From Calditrichales bacterium (GTDB lineage: Bacteria > Calditrichota > Calditrichia > Calditrichales > J004), in contig OZ254086.1 of the NCBI GenBank assembly GCA_965267575.1, forward strand, positions 672,001-736,000: a stretch of 64,000 nucleotides of DNA. Direction: 5' to 3'. The position numbers were made by a program, and so were the translations under genes. Numbering within the stretch: the first letter of the stretch is position 1; every line of letters starts with the position of its first letter. This document shows, piece after piece, positions 9,187 through 17,317 of this stretch. The notes beneath the pieces were generated by a model. The model was given only the letters and a program-made list of their open reading frames with translations, was not told where the DNA came from and ran no database searches.

Positions 9187-10692
9187 TTAACTGACGGGGG
9201 TTGAGCGCAAATAGTAGACCTGCTCCGGCGGAACAATGCGATCAAATATCTCTTCGTTGTGGGAAATAAGCCAGATGCCTTTTCCTTCTTTCTGGCGCTG
9301 GCGGATCTTGTTGATCACTTTGTCGGCGCTGCGCAGATCGAGCCCGTTGAGCGGTTCATCGAGGATCAACACATCGGTATCGAGCACAAGACCGCGCAGA
9401 ATGTTGACGCGCTGTTTTTGTCCACCGCTCAGCCTGCCAATCCGGCGTTCCAGGAAGTCTGCCGGCAGGTTATTGTCAAAGAGGTCCTGCAGGCGGCGCA
9501 GCACTTTGCCTTTATCAACACGGCCGTTACCGGACAGTGCGCGGAACGTGTCCAGCACGCTGGCTTTCTGGTTCAGCGCCTCATCGGCATGCTGGAAAAC
9601 CATGGTGGCGCGTTTGCCCCAAATGTGCCTGCGCCAGAAATCTTCCGCGCTCTTTTCGGAGGCGGTCAAAGGCCCGTACGCCAAAGCCAGCTTCCGTGCG
9701 TTCAACAATCCCAAAGCGAGCTTGGCCACGGTGGTCTTGCCCATGCCGCTGGGCGCTTTCAGGTAAACCATCTCGCCGCGGTGAATGACAAAATCAGTCG
9801 GCTCGCTGTCCGGCTTTTCTTTGTGAAATGTTAGCCGACGGCCAAAAACCTCAATGCCCCCTGCCATGCGCAGCAGTTCCTGTTTTTCGTGAGCGGCACT
9901 CTGCGGCTTATGCTCCTGACGATCCAGCCACTGTAGGTAATCACCCGCCGAAAAATCAAACAGCTTCACCGCCCCGTTTTCTCTGCGCAGCTCCTTGTAA
10001 GTAACAATCTCTTCCAGGTCAGGATGGCTTTCGTGCATTTCGCTGATCATGGAATAGTCGTGGGTGATCAGCAACGCGGTAAACGGCTTGCGGCGATAGC
10101 AATCGGTTAAAAGCTTTAAAAAGCGATTGCGGTAAACATTGTCCAGATTGCCGCTGGGCTCATCAAAGATGAACAAAGCCCCGCGCGTATCTTCTTTGTG
10201 ACGCAGATACTGGTAAATCTTCTTGAAGGCCATCACCAGCAGAACGCGCTGTTTTTCGCCGCCGCTGGGCCGGTGCGGACGCGGATAAACTTCCAGCAAC
10301 TTGTCCAAAAATTGCGGATCGGCGTCTTTCCAGAGACGGGTTAGGATGGTCTTTTCGTCTTTTTGCGGATTGCGTTGCAGCCGGCCCTCGTTAAGCTGTG
10401 TGGAAAGCGGATCCAGGGGGTTAAGGTGCGTGGATGGTTCCTGGAACACGAAAAAGCCATCGCGCTTTAAGCGGCTTACGATATTGCCATTCAGCCACTC
10501 TTCATATGACTTGCCATTCAGAGAAGCCTCCAGCAGCTCCGGATCGAGCAGACCGAAAAGCGCCTTGCTGATCAGTGTTTTACCGATACCGGATTCGCCC
10601 AGAAGGATCGTGATATGGTTGCTGTCCAGTTCAAAGTTTTTTATATCCACAAGCGTCTGTTTGCCGCCGTGAATGGTGATGGAGAATTGCAT
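9187..10692 (-). CDS. ABC transporter ATP-binding protein, two fused ATPase domains (Opp/Dpp/Nik-like)
   Basis: Walker A GESGIGKT and APSGMGKT, signatures PSGGEKQR and LSGGQKQR, Walker B FDEP and LDEP, H-loops THD and SHN. Confidence 0.92.
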   Translation of the reverse strand: MQFSITIHGGKQTLVDIKNFELDSNHITILLGESGIGKTLISKALFGLLDPELLEASLNGKSYEEWLNGNIVSRLKRDGFFVFQEPSTHLNPLDPLSTQLNEGRLQRNPQKDEKTILTRLWKDADPQFLDKLLEVYPRPHRPSGGEKQRVLLVMAFKKIYQYLRHKEDTRGALFIFDEPSGNLDNVYRNRFLKLLTDCYRRKPFTALLITHDYSMISEMHESHPDLEEIVTYKELRRENGAVKLFDFSAGDYLQWLDRQEHKPQSAAHEKQELLRMAGGIEVFGRRLTFHKEKPDSEPTDFVIHRGEMVYLKAPSGMGKTTVAKLALGLLNARKLALAYGPLTASEKSAEDFWRRHIWGKRATMVFQHADEALNQKASVLDTFRALSGNGRVDKGKVLRRLQDLFDNNLPADFLERRIGRLSGGQKQRVNILRGLVLDTDVLILDEPLNGLDLRSADKVINKIRQRQKEGKGIWLISHNEEIFDRIVPPEQVYYLRSTPVS

Positions 10693-10817
10693 TTTTGAGT
10701 GCTACAGTAATAGTGTGTTAGGGTGTTAAGGTGCTTTTTACTACAGGCATTTATCTTTTATTTGGAAATTGACGTTTGAAATTTGCTTGTTATTTGTGTT
10801 TTGTAATTTGTCCTTTG

Positions 10818-11738
10818 CTAAATATGATACCTTCGGCCAAAACCGTCGGATATCTTGTATATGCAAAGCAGGCTGAAGACAATCAGAAAAGCGACGCTGA
10901 TACCCTGCAGGTGGCGGAAAAACAGCTTTGGCAAATAAAGCGGATTGCTCAGCGTGCGGCCAATGGCCAGAATGTCCTGTTTGCTGTCTATGCGCGCCAG
11001 CATGCTGCCCAGCGTTTCCGGCAAATTTACCGAACTCACCTCCGTCGAAAGGCCCACGGAGATGATAAAATCCACGCTGCACAGCAGAAAAATGGTCATC
11101 CCGAACAAGGCAATCAGCTTATTGAAAATATGTATCCAGCCGTTTTTCCAGAGAACGTCTATGTTGATGATGCGCCATTCCGGCACGTTGCAGACACGCA
11201 TGGCGTTGTAAAAATCGGTGCGCTGAAAATGGGCAATGCGTTCCAGCATCAGGTCGGCAAGCTCCATAAAAACGAACAACCCCACAAAAGCGGCCATCAG
11301 CAAAACGATCGTGACCTGCGAAAGGCCGTCGCCTTGCAGCAGCCGGTTTACAAACACATAGCCGAACAAAATACCCAGTATCTGCGGGATGGAACGCAGC
11401 AGGTTGGCGGCAAAGTTGATCGGGATGTAGAGCCAGCCGTGCAGGTAGTGGCGGCTGTAGTGCAGCGCCATGGTCAAAAGCCAGGCAAGCAACAAGGCCA
11501 CGGCCACGGCCAGAAAGCCAATCAGCAAGGTATTAAAAAAGGCCGCCTCCAGCCGCCCGCGCGCCGGGTCGTTAAGAAAAAAGAGATTCCACATCCACAG
11601 TGCCAGCAAGCCGCCCAGCCAGATCAGCGTCCAGAGTTTGTCGCGATCGTTGCGCAGCAGCGGCCACCATTTTTGCCACAGGTTTTGCAGCTTTTTAAAC
11701 CAAGGCGCTTTTTTTAGTTTTTGTATCTGCCGCATCAT
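10818..11738 (-). CDS. Divergent ABC permease (OppC/DppC-like)
   Basis: Multiple TM segments, 'LRSIPQIL' and an EAA-like loop [17 protein letters not shown]. Adjacent to the ABC ATPase. Confidence 0.72.
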   Translation of the reverse strand: MMRQIQKLKKAPWFKKLQNLWQKWWPLLRNDRDKLWTLIWLGGLLALWMWNLFFLNDPARGRLEAAFFNTLLIGFLAVAVALLLAWLLTMALHYSRHYLHGWLYIPINFAANLLRSIPQILGILFGYVFVNRLLQGDGLSQVTIVLLMAAFVGLFVFMELADLMLERIAHFQRTDFYNAMRVCNVPEWRIINIDVLWKNGWIHIFNKLIALFGMTIFLLCSVDFIISVGLSTEVSSVNLPETLGSMLARIDSKQDILAIGRTLSNPLYLPKLFFRHLQGISVAFLIVFSLLCIYKISDGFGRRYHI

Positions 11739-13426
11739 ACACGCACGTTCTTTAGGGCCTTGATCAGTGATTTGAACTGTTTTTCATCCAGCGCCTGCTC
11801 GGCGTCGCTAAGCGCGGTGGCGGGATTGAAGTGTACTTCCACCATAATGCCGTCAGCGCCCACGGCAAAGGCGGCTTTAGACACCGGCTCGATCAACGTG
11901 CTGATGCCGGTGGCGTGGCTGGGATCGACAATGACCGGAAGGTGCGTTTTCTGTTTCAGCAGCGGCACGGCGCTAATGTCCAGCGTGTTGCGCGTGGCCG
12001 TTTCGAATGTGCGGATGCCCCGCTCGCACAACACGACATGCGGATTGCCCTTGGCCAGAATATATTCCGCCGAGAGCAACAATTCTTTCACAGTCGCCAT
12101 CATGCCGCGTTTCAACAGCACCGGCTTTTGCGTTTTGCCCACTTCTTGCAGCAGCACAAAATTCTGCATATTGCGCGCGCCGATTTGCAGCATATCCGCA
12201 TATCGGGCCACTATTTCCACATCATCCGGTGAAATGACTTCGGTGATGACCGGCATGTTGAAAGCGTCGCCCGCTTCGCGCAGCAGCTTCAGCCCCTCCA
12301 TGCCCAGGCCCTGGAAACTGTATGGACTGGTGCGCGGCTTAAAGGCTCCGCCACGCAGCATCTGCGCGCCCTGCTCCGATACGATCTTGGCCGATTCCAT
12401 CATCTGGTGGCGTCCCTCCACGCTGCAGGGTCCGGCCATAACCACAAATCCGCCGCCGCCAATCGTCACATTCCCGATTTTTATTTTTGTTGGCGTGTTT
12501 TGTTTTTCCAAACTGTACAACGGCGCATTGTCGTCTTTGCGCGCTTTGGAGGAACCGGCACGCGTCTCAAAATCCTGCCCCGGCAGATACTTGGGGTAAG
12601 AGCCCAGCACGTGCAAAAAACCGGACATCTTTTTGACCTCGTTCAGCGCCACATGGATATTCTCGTCGTGGGCGTGCCCGTCCAGATCCACAAAGAAAAT
12701 GTATTTCCAGGGCTCGGTCTTGTGCGGGCGCGAGGTCAGCATGGTCATGTTGACATCATGTTTTTCGAAAACGGCCAGCATTTTATAAAGCATGCCCGGC
12801 TGGTCCAGCGTGTTAAATACCGCCGTCACTTTCCACGGCGTGTACTCATCGTTTTCAAGCTGGATTGTTTCCGCCGTAACCAGTACAAAGCGGGTTTGAT
12901 TGTGGGGGTAGTCCTCGATGCGCTCGTGCAGAACATTGAGCCCGTACAGCCCGGCGGATTCCGCGCTGGCAATCGCGGCCGTATCGGTCAGCTTTTTCTC
13001 GGCGATCAGCTTGGCGCTGCCGGCCGTGTCGTAGGTCGGGATGATCTCGGCCTTGTCATAGCGGCGCATGAAAACCTCGCATTGCGACAGCGCCGCGGGA
13101 TGCGAAAAGATCTTGCGGATCGATTTAGCCGTTACCCCGGGATAGGCCAGCAAGTTGTGGTTAATCGGGATGATCACCTCTTTGAGTATGGTCAGCTTAT
13201 TTTCCAGCAACAGGTCATAAGTATGCGTAATATTTCCGATGATGCTGTTATCGATCGGCAGCAAACCGTAGGTGACGGCGCCTTTCTTCATGGCATCCAC
13301 AACATCATAAGAAGTGCGGAAGGGGATCTTCTCAATAGCCGTTTCGCCGTACAAATGATCCAGGGCCTTTTCGCTGTATGCGCCTTTCTCACCCTGGTAG
13401 CCAATTTTTTTAGGACTGTTGGACAT
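11735..13426 (-). CDS. pheA-aroF: Fusion protein: prephenate dehydratase (PDT+ACT) - DAHP synthase type I-beta
   Basis: N-terminal [30 protein letters not shown] and ACT (DQPGML, TSRP, LGSY). C-terminal [39 protein letters not shown] and DPSH. Start set at MSNSPK, with a GAGGAG RBS. Confidence 0.9.
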   Translation of the reverse strand: MSNSPKKIGYQGEKGAYSEKALDHLYGETAIEKIPFRTSYDVVDAMKKGAVTYGLLPIDNSIIGNITHTYDLLLENKLTILKEVIIPINHNLLAYPGVTAKSIRKIFSHPAALSQCEVFMRRYDKAEIIPTYDTAGSAKLIAEKKLTDTAAIASAESAGLYGLNVLHERIEDYPHNQTRFVLVTAETIQLENDEYTPWKVTAVFNTLDQPGMLYKMLAVFEKHDVNMTMLTSRPHKTEPWKYIFFVDLDGHAHDENIHVALNEVKKMSGFLHVLGSYPKYLPGQDFETRAGSSKARKDDNAPLYSLEKQNTPTKIKIGNVTIGGGGFVVMAGPCSVEGRHQMMESAKIVSEQGAQMLRGGAFKPRTSPYSFQGLGMEGLKLLREAGDAFNMPVITEVISPDDVEIVARYADMLQIGARNMQNFVLLQEVGKTQKPVLLKRGMMATVKELLLSAEYILAKGNPHVVLCERGIRTFETATRNTLDISAVPLLKQKTHLPVIVDPSHATGISTLIEPVSKAAFAVGADGIMVEVHFNPATALSDAEQALDEKQFKSLIKALKNVRV

Positions 13427-13572
13427 GCTCTCCTCGGTGGAATGAATTGATGAATTAGTTACTGTCTCGGAGTCTGGAAGTCCGGAAGTCAAAAGTCGTA
13501 AAATCACTTGCGAGCGCATGACTCCCTGACCGCAAGAGCCCGGGACCTCATGACTTCAAGACCCAACTCCGT

Positions 13573-14697
13573 TTACTTTTCCATTTTTCTTGTATCGCGC
13601 AGCGTCCAGGCATCCACGGCTATTTCCGTAGCCTTGATCAGCCAGTAAATGCCCATCACGATGAGCGCGCTGAGCGCCCATTCATTGTACAGAATGTATT
13701 GCAGCAACTCATAGCAAAGATGGTCCTGGATATTCAGCGCCATCTCGATGATGATCAATCCGCTGATTAAAAATGAAGCCTGCTCTTTCAACGTGGCCCG
13801 GTATTGCCAGGCGGCGTTGCGGAAAATATGATCAAACACGTGACCGTGAAAGCGCTTGCGCCAGTGCAGCACATTTTTTTTGGCGATGCCTCCCGGTCTG
13901 TCCCAGCCCCAATCATGATCCATGTTTTTAACAAGCGCCGTTTCCACATAGCCGCGGCGGCTCTCGCCCTGCAGAAACGTGTAAAATTTATGGGCATAGG
14001 TGATCAGCATGGCATTGGAAACAACACCAAGCAAGATCATAAACAGCGCGAAATCGGTATCGAAGCGGGTGCGGAAACTGTATGCTATCACGTAGGCCGG
14101 TGCAAAAAGCAGTAAATAAGCCGCGCCTTTGGCGATTGCCTTTAGCCCCAGAATAGCGGCCGGCCGGTAGTGCAGCAGTAATTTTTTCCAGTCTGCCTTG
14201 CGGGGCCGCGCTTTTTGCCAGAAACGCACAAATTGTACGCTATAGGGCTGCGCTTTTTGACGATGCCGCAGAAAGCGCCACGTGCCCAACGTTTGCACGC
14301 CGTAGGTCGTTATAAGCAGCGTGATTATAAATATGATGGCAAATTTGATATACATGCCCAGCAACCGGCTTACTTTCCCGGCACTTACCACGCCGCTGCT
14401 CACTTCGCCCGAGGCGCTGCGCAACACCTGCTGCCGGCGGTACTGCTCAATCTCCGCCAGCAGATCGGCATGATCCGCTTTGTGGCCCGGTTCGTAGATG
14501 TCCATCATATCTTTCCACAGCGCGCGCTGAAAGGGGTCGTTCCAATCGATATACTCTTTGTCCAGCCACTCTTTTACGGCTTTGTTGGCGGTTTGCTGTT
14601 TATGAAGAGCTTCACTGTGAAACCAGCGCGCAAACAACAGTAAGACAAGCGTTACCAGCGCCAGTTGCAAAAGATGCTGTCCAAGCAGTTTCTTCAC
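13573..14697 (-). CDS. Divergent ABC permease (OppB/DppB-like)
   Basis: TM segments, EAA-like GYVETALVKNM and a C-terminal 'IIIEMALNI' resembling the OppB 'iE.vF' motif. Confidence 0.65.
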   Translation of the reverse strand: MKKLLGQHLLQLALVTLVLLLFARWFHSEALHKQQTANKAVKEWLDKEYIDWNDPFQRALWKDMMDIYEPGHKADHADLLAEIEQYRRQQVLRSASGEVSSGVVSAGKVSRLLGMYIKFAIIFIITLLITTYGVQTLGTWRFLRHRQKAQPYSVQFVRFWQKARPRKADWKKLLLHYRPAAILGLKAIAKGAAYLLLFAPAYVIAYSFRTRFDTDFALFMILLGVVSNAMLITYAHKFYTFLQGESRRGYVETALVKNMDHDWGWDRPGGIAKKNVLHWRKRFHGHVFDHIFRNAAWQYRATLKEQASFLISGLIIIEMALNIQDHLCYELLQYILYNEWALSALIVMGIYWLIKATEIAVDAWTLRDTRKMEK

Positions 14698-15536
14698 AGC
14701 TCCTCCCGCGCCACAACGATACGGCTTTGCTCGCTGTAAACATACCAGGGCCGGCCAATCAGCAGCGTCTCGATGGAGAGGATAAGTTGCCGCGTGCTGG
14801 CGCCAAGCTGCTCTGTGTACGAGGCCGGTTGCAACTCAATATCGATGCGACCTTCGCTTTCAGTTACGCTCCAGTGCGGCGCGTTTCTGTCCTGCCGGAA
14901 GCGGCTGTTGAAATGGTGCACGAAGCTCCCGTAAGCGTCGTTGGCTTTATCAATAGCTTCACGGATCTGATTAACAAGCATTGAATCTTCCACTGCGGCC
15001 GGGACAGTTTTTACACCTGTTTCTTTCGCCACGGGCTCGCCAAAAGAAGTTCCCGCAGCAAGCCAGCCGTAATCGCCGCTGTCCAGCCTTCGGGCAAACC
15101 AGTAGCCTTTCTCTTTCCAAAGCCGGACCACCTCCGTCCCCCCGGGCAGCAGGCGCCTTTGTTCTCCATCCGCCTCCTGAAAAAAATCACCGGCCGCAGC
15201 TACGTTCAGGGTGTCGTTCTGCATGGTCTGTTCTTCAACGAGGATGCCCGCTGCCGGCGGGGCGCCATTACCTTCAAGCTTCAGGAAAAAGTCGCGGTTT
15301 TGCCAGCGCAACCGCATCACCCGGGTAAAGCCGTCGGCCAGCGTCAGGTCGCGCTGCACAATGCGCCAGGGCGTGTTGCGGGGCAAAGCGGCTTTGTCCA
15401 CATCGCTCATATTCTGTTGGTAGCGATCCAGAAAAGCGAACTGCAGCGGATCGGGGGTAATAAAAAAATCGGCCTTCTCCGCGGCGAAGACCGATTGAAC
15501 AATCAGCAAAATAAAAAGCAGTTTTTTCAAAGGCAT
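14694..15536 (-). CDS. Secreted hypothetical protein with possible SH3b-like segment
   Basis: Signal peptide (...SVFA). The central 'GTEVVRLWKEKGYWFARRLDSGDYGWL' resembles bacterial SH3. Coupled to the downstream permease. Confidence 0.6.
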   Translation of the reverse strand: MPLKKLLFILLIVQSVFAAEKADFFITPDPLQFAFLDRYQQNMSDVDKAALPRNTPWRIVQRDLTLADGFTRVMRLRWQNRDFFLKLEGNGAPPAAGILVEEQTMQNDTLNVAAAGDFFQEADGEQRRLLPGGTEVVRLWKEKGYWFARRLDSGDYGWLAAGTSFGEPVAKETGVKTVPAAVEDSMLVNQIREAIDKANDAYGSFVHHFNSRFRQDRNAPHWSVTESEGRIDIELQPASYTEQLGASTRQLILSIETLLIGRPWYVYSEQSRIVVAREEL

Positions 15537-15558
15537 TAGGCTTCCCTGCGCATTTGGC

Positions 15559-17295
15559 TCAATCCTTTTTCTCCTGCCATTTCTCGATAGTGGAAAGCTG
15601 CGAAGCTACCCCGTACAGATCGATGGCTTGTTCATCAAACTGGCGCGAGAAATAGGCCGTACTGGGCAGCGAGAACAGCCAGCTTCCCAGTGCCAGGTCC
15701 TGGTCCAGCAAATCGATGCGTTGCGCGTAGACCTGGCGGTCGCCCACTTCGCGGGTGGACATAAAGCCGTAAATGTAGTCCAACAGCGTGTACACATCCT
15801 GATAGTCCGGCCCCTGGCGGCCAAGGTCGAGGCGGAAGAAATTGTTGTTCCCGCTGAACGACTGCGTATTGAAAGTGCGGCTGCCGCGCCCGTCGGAATC
15901 GGTAACCAGGTTGATCTGATGAATGGAGAGGTCGGGTTCGCGCAGGAAGACGTTATACAAATCGAAAAAGAAGTTGCTGCTGTAGCCGCTAAAGGCAATC
16001 AAAAGCGCATCATAATTTCCGTTTTTGATTACATCATTGGAAACGGCACGGGCGCGCAGCTTGCCGTTAAAAAGCGAGCGGTCATTCAAAATTTCCAGCA
16101 GCTCGCCATATTCCTCGCGGTAGCCGTAATTGAGGTTGGCCACCACCTGAACGGAATCGGGCAGTATCGCAAGATTGGCCTGGCCCTGGTCGCGCAGCGG
16201 CATAACAATGTCCTCTTCCACATAATACGAGGTCGAAGGGAAAATGCTGTGGTTCAGGTAATCGCCGTAGTTATCACGATTGCCTTTGTAGTCGCTGATG
16301 TGCCGTTGCTGCGGCGTACCCACCTTGTAAAAGCGCTCGATGATCGTGCGGTTGTTGATCAGTGCGCGCAAAGACTGGCGCTGTTCACGATCCAGGCGCT
16401 CCGTGTTAAAGAGCAGCGCGAAAAAGGTGTTGCTGATATTCGATTTGTGGAAGAAATCCGATGTGTCTTCGAGGATCGGGGACAGGGCGCCAAACGGCGT
16501 ACTCAGCAAAACGTTGATATTATTGTTGCTCAGCTCGGTGGTGTAGGTGCTGTTGTCCACAAAGGGGCGCAAACGCACAAAATCAACAGCGGCCACACCT
16601 GCGGGATTTTTATAAAAATCGGTCACTTCCGCGGCCGGCTGAATGGCCATGTAGGGCCCGGTGCCGGTGCGATAGATACCACCGACCATCTCGGAGGTGT
16701 AAGGCAATATCTTGAAAGAGAGCATCTCCTTGATATCGTCGGTGCTCCAGTCGCGAATCGGCTTGAATTTAAACTTGATCTCGTTGTTGGCGTCCGGACC
16801 GCTGAAATCCAGCTGCTCCAGGGATTGGGTCAGCAGAAGGTAATCCGGCGAGAGGCTGCCCAGGCGTTGAATACGGCGCAGCGTAAAGCGCAGATCTTGT
16901 GCCGTAAACAAAACCTGCTTGGTATCGCTTATACTTACATTGCCATCTTCATCCACGTTTACCAGGTAGCTGTTGTGCCATTTTTGCTGCGGCTTCAAGC
17001 GTACCGTCACCACAAAATCCGGCGAAACATCAACCAACTCGCCCAGCCCGTCTTCATAGGTGATGCCGCTGGGGTTGGCCGATACATTAAACAGTCCGTC
17101 AAAAACCACTTCATCCAGTTTATCGGACAGCTCGATGGAACTGGGCAAATGCGGATCCACTTTAGGCGGCTGGTGGCTGATAAAAGGTATTACAATCTGA
17201 TCATCAAGGTTTTTCCACGGTGCCCAAATGAACAGTACAACAGCGGCAATTACAACCACCGCGGCACCGCCGATTATCCAAATCTTCTTATTCAT
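15559..17295 (-). CDS. Divergent ABC substrate-binding protein (family 5-like), N-terminal membrane anchor
   Basis: FTAQDLRFTLRRI, GTGPY, ALLFNTE and 'RQSLRALINN' echo family-5 SBP motifs. N-terminal TM helix without a lipobox; GAAGGAG RBS. Confidence 0.7.
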   Translation of the reverse strand: MNKKIWIIGGAAVVVIAAVVLFIWAPWKNLDDQIVIPFISHQPPKVDPHLPSSIELSDKLDEVVFDGLFNVSANPSGITYEDGLGELVDVSPDFVVTVRLKPQQKWHNSYLVNVDEDGNVSISDTKQVLFTAQDLRFTLRRIQRLGSLSPDYLLLTQSLEQLDFSGPDANNEIKFKFKPIRDWSTDDIKEMLSFKILPYTSEMVGGIYRTGTGPYMAIQPAAEVTDFYKNPAGVAAVDFVRLRPFVDNSTYTTELSNNNINVLLSTPFGALSPILEDTSDFFHKSNISNTFFALLFNTERLDREQRQSLRALINNRTIIERFYKVGTPQQRHISDYKGNRDNYGDYLNHSIFPSTSYYVEEDIVMPLRDQGQANLAILPDSVQVVANLNYGYREEYGELLEILNDRSLFNGKLRARAVSNDVIKNGNYDALLIAFSGYSSNFFFDLYNVFLREPDLSIHQINLVTDSDGRGSRTFNTQSFSGNNNFFRLDLGRQGPDYQDVYTLLDYIYGFMSTREVGDRQVYAQRIDLLDQDLALGSWLFSLPSTAYFSRQFDEQAIDLYGVASQLSTIEKWQEKKD

Positions 17296-17317
17296 ATTCG
17301 TCTCCTTCAGGCGGTTG

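Noticed and set aside
12407-13450. 347-aa plus-strand ORF
   Set aside because: Antisense to pheA-aroF.
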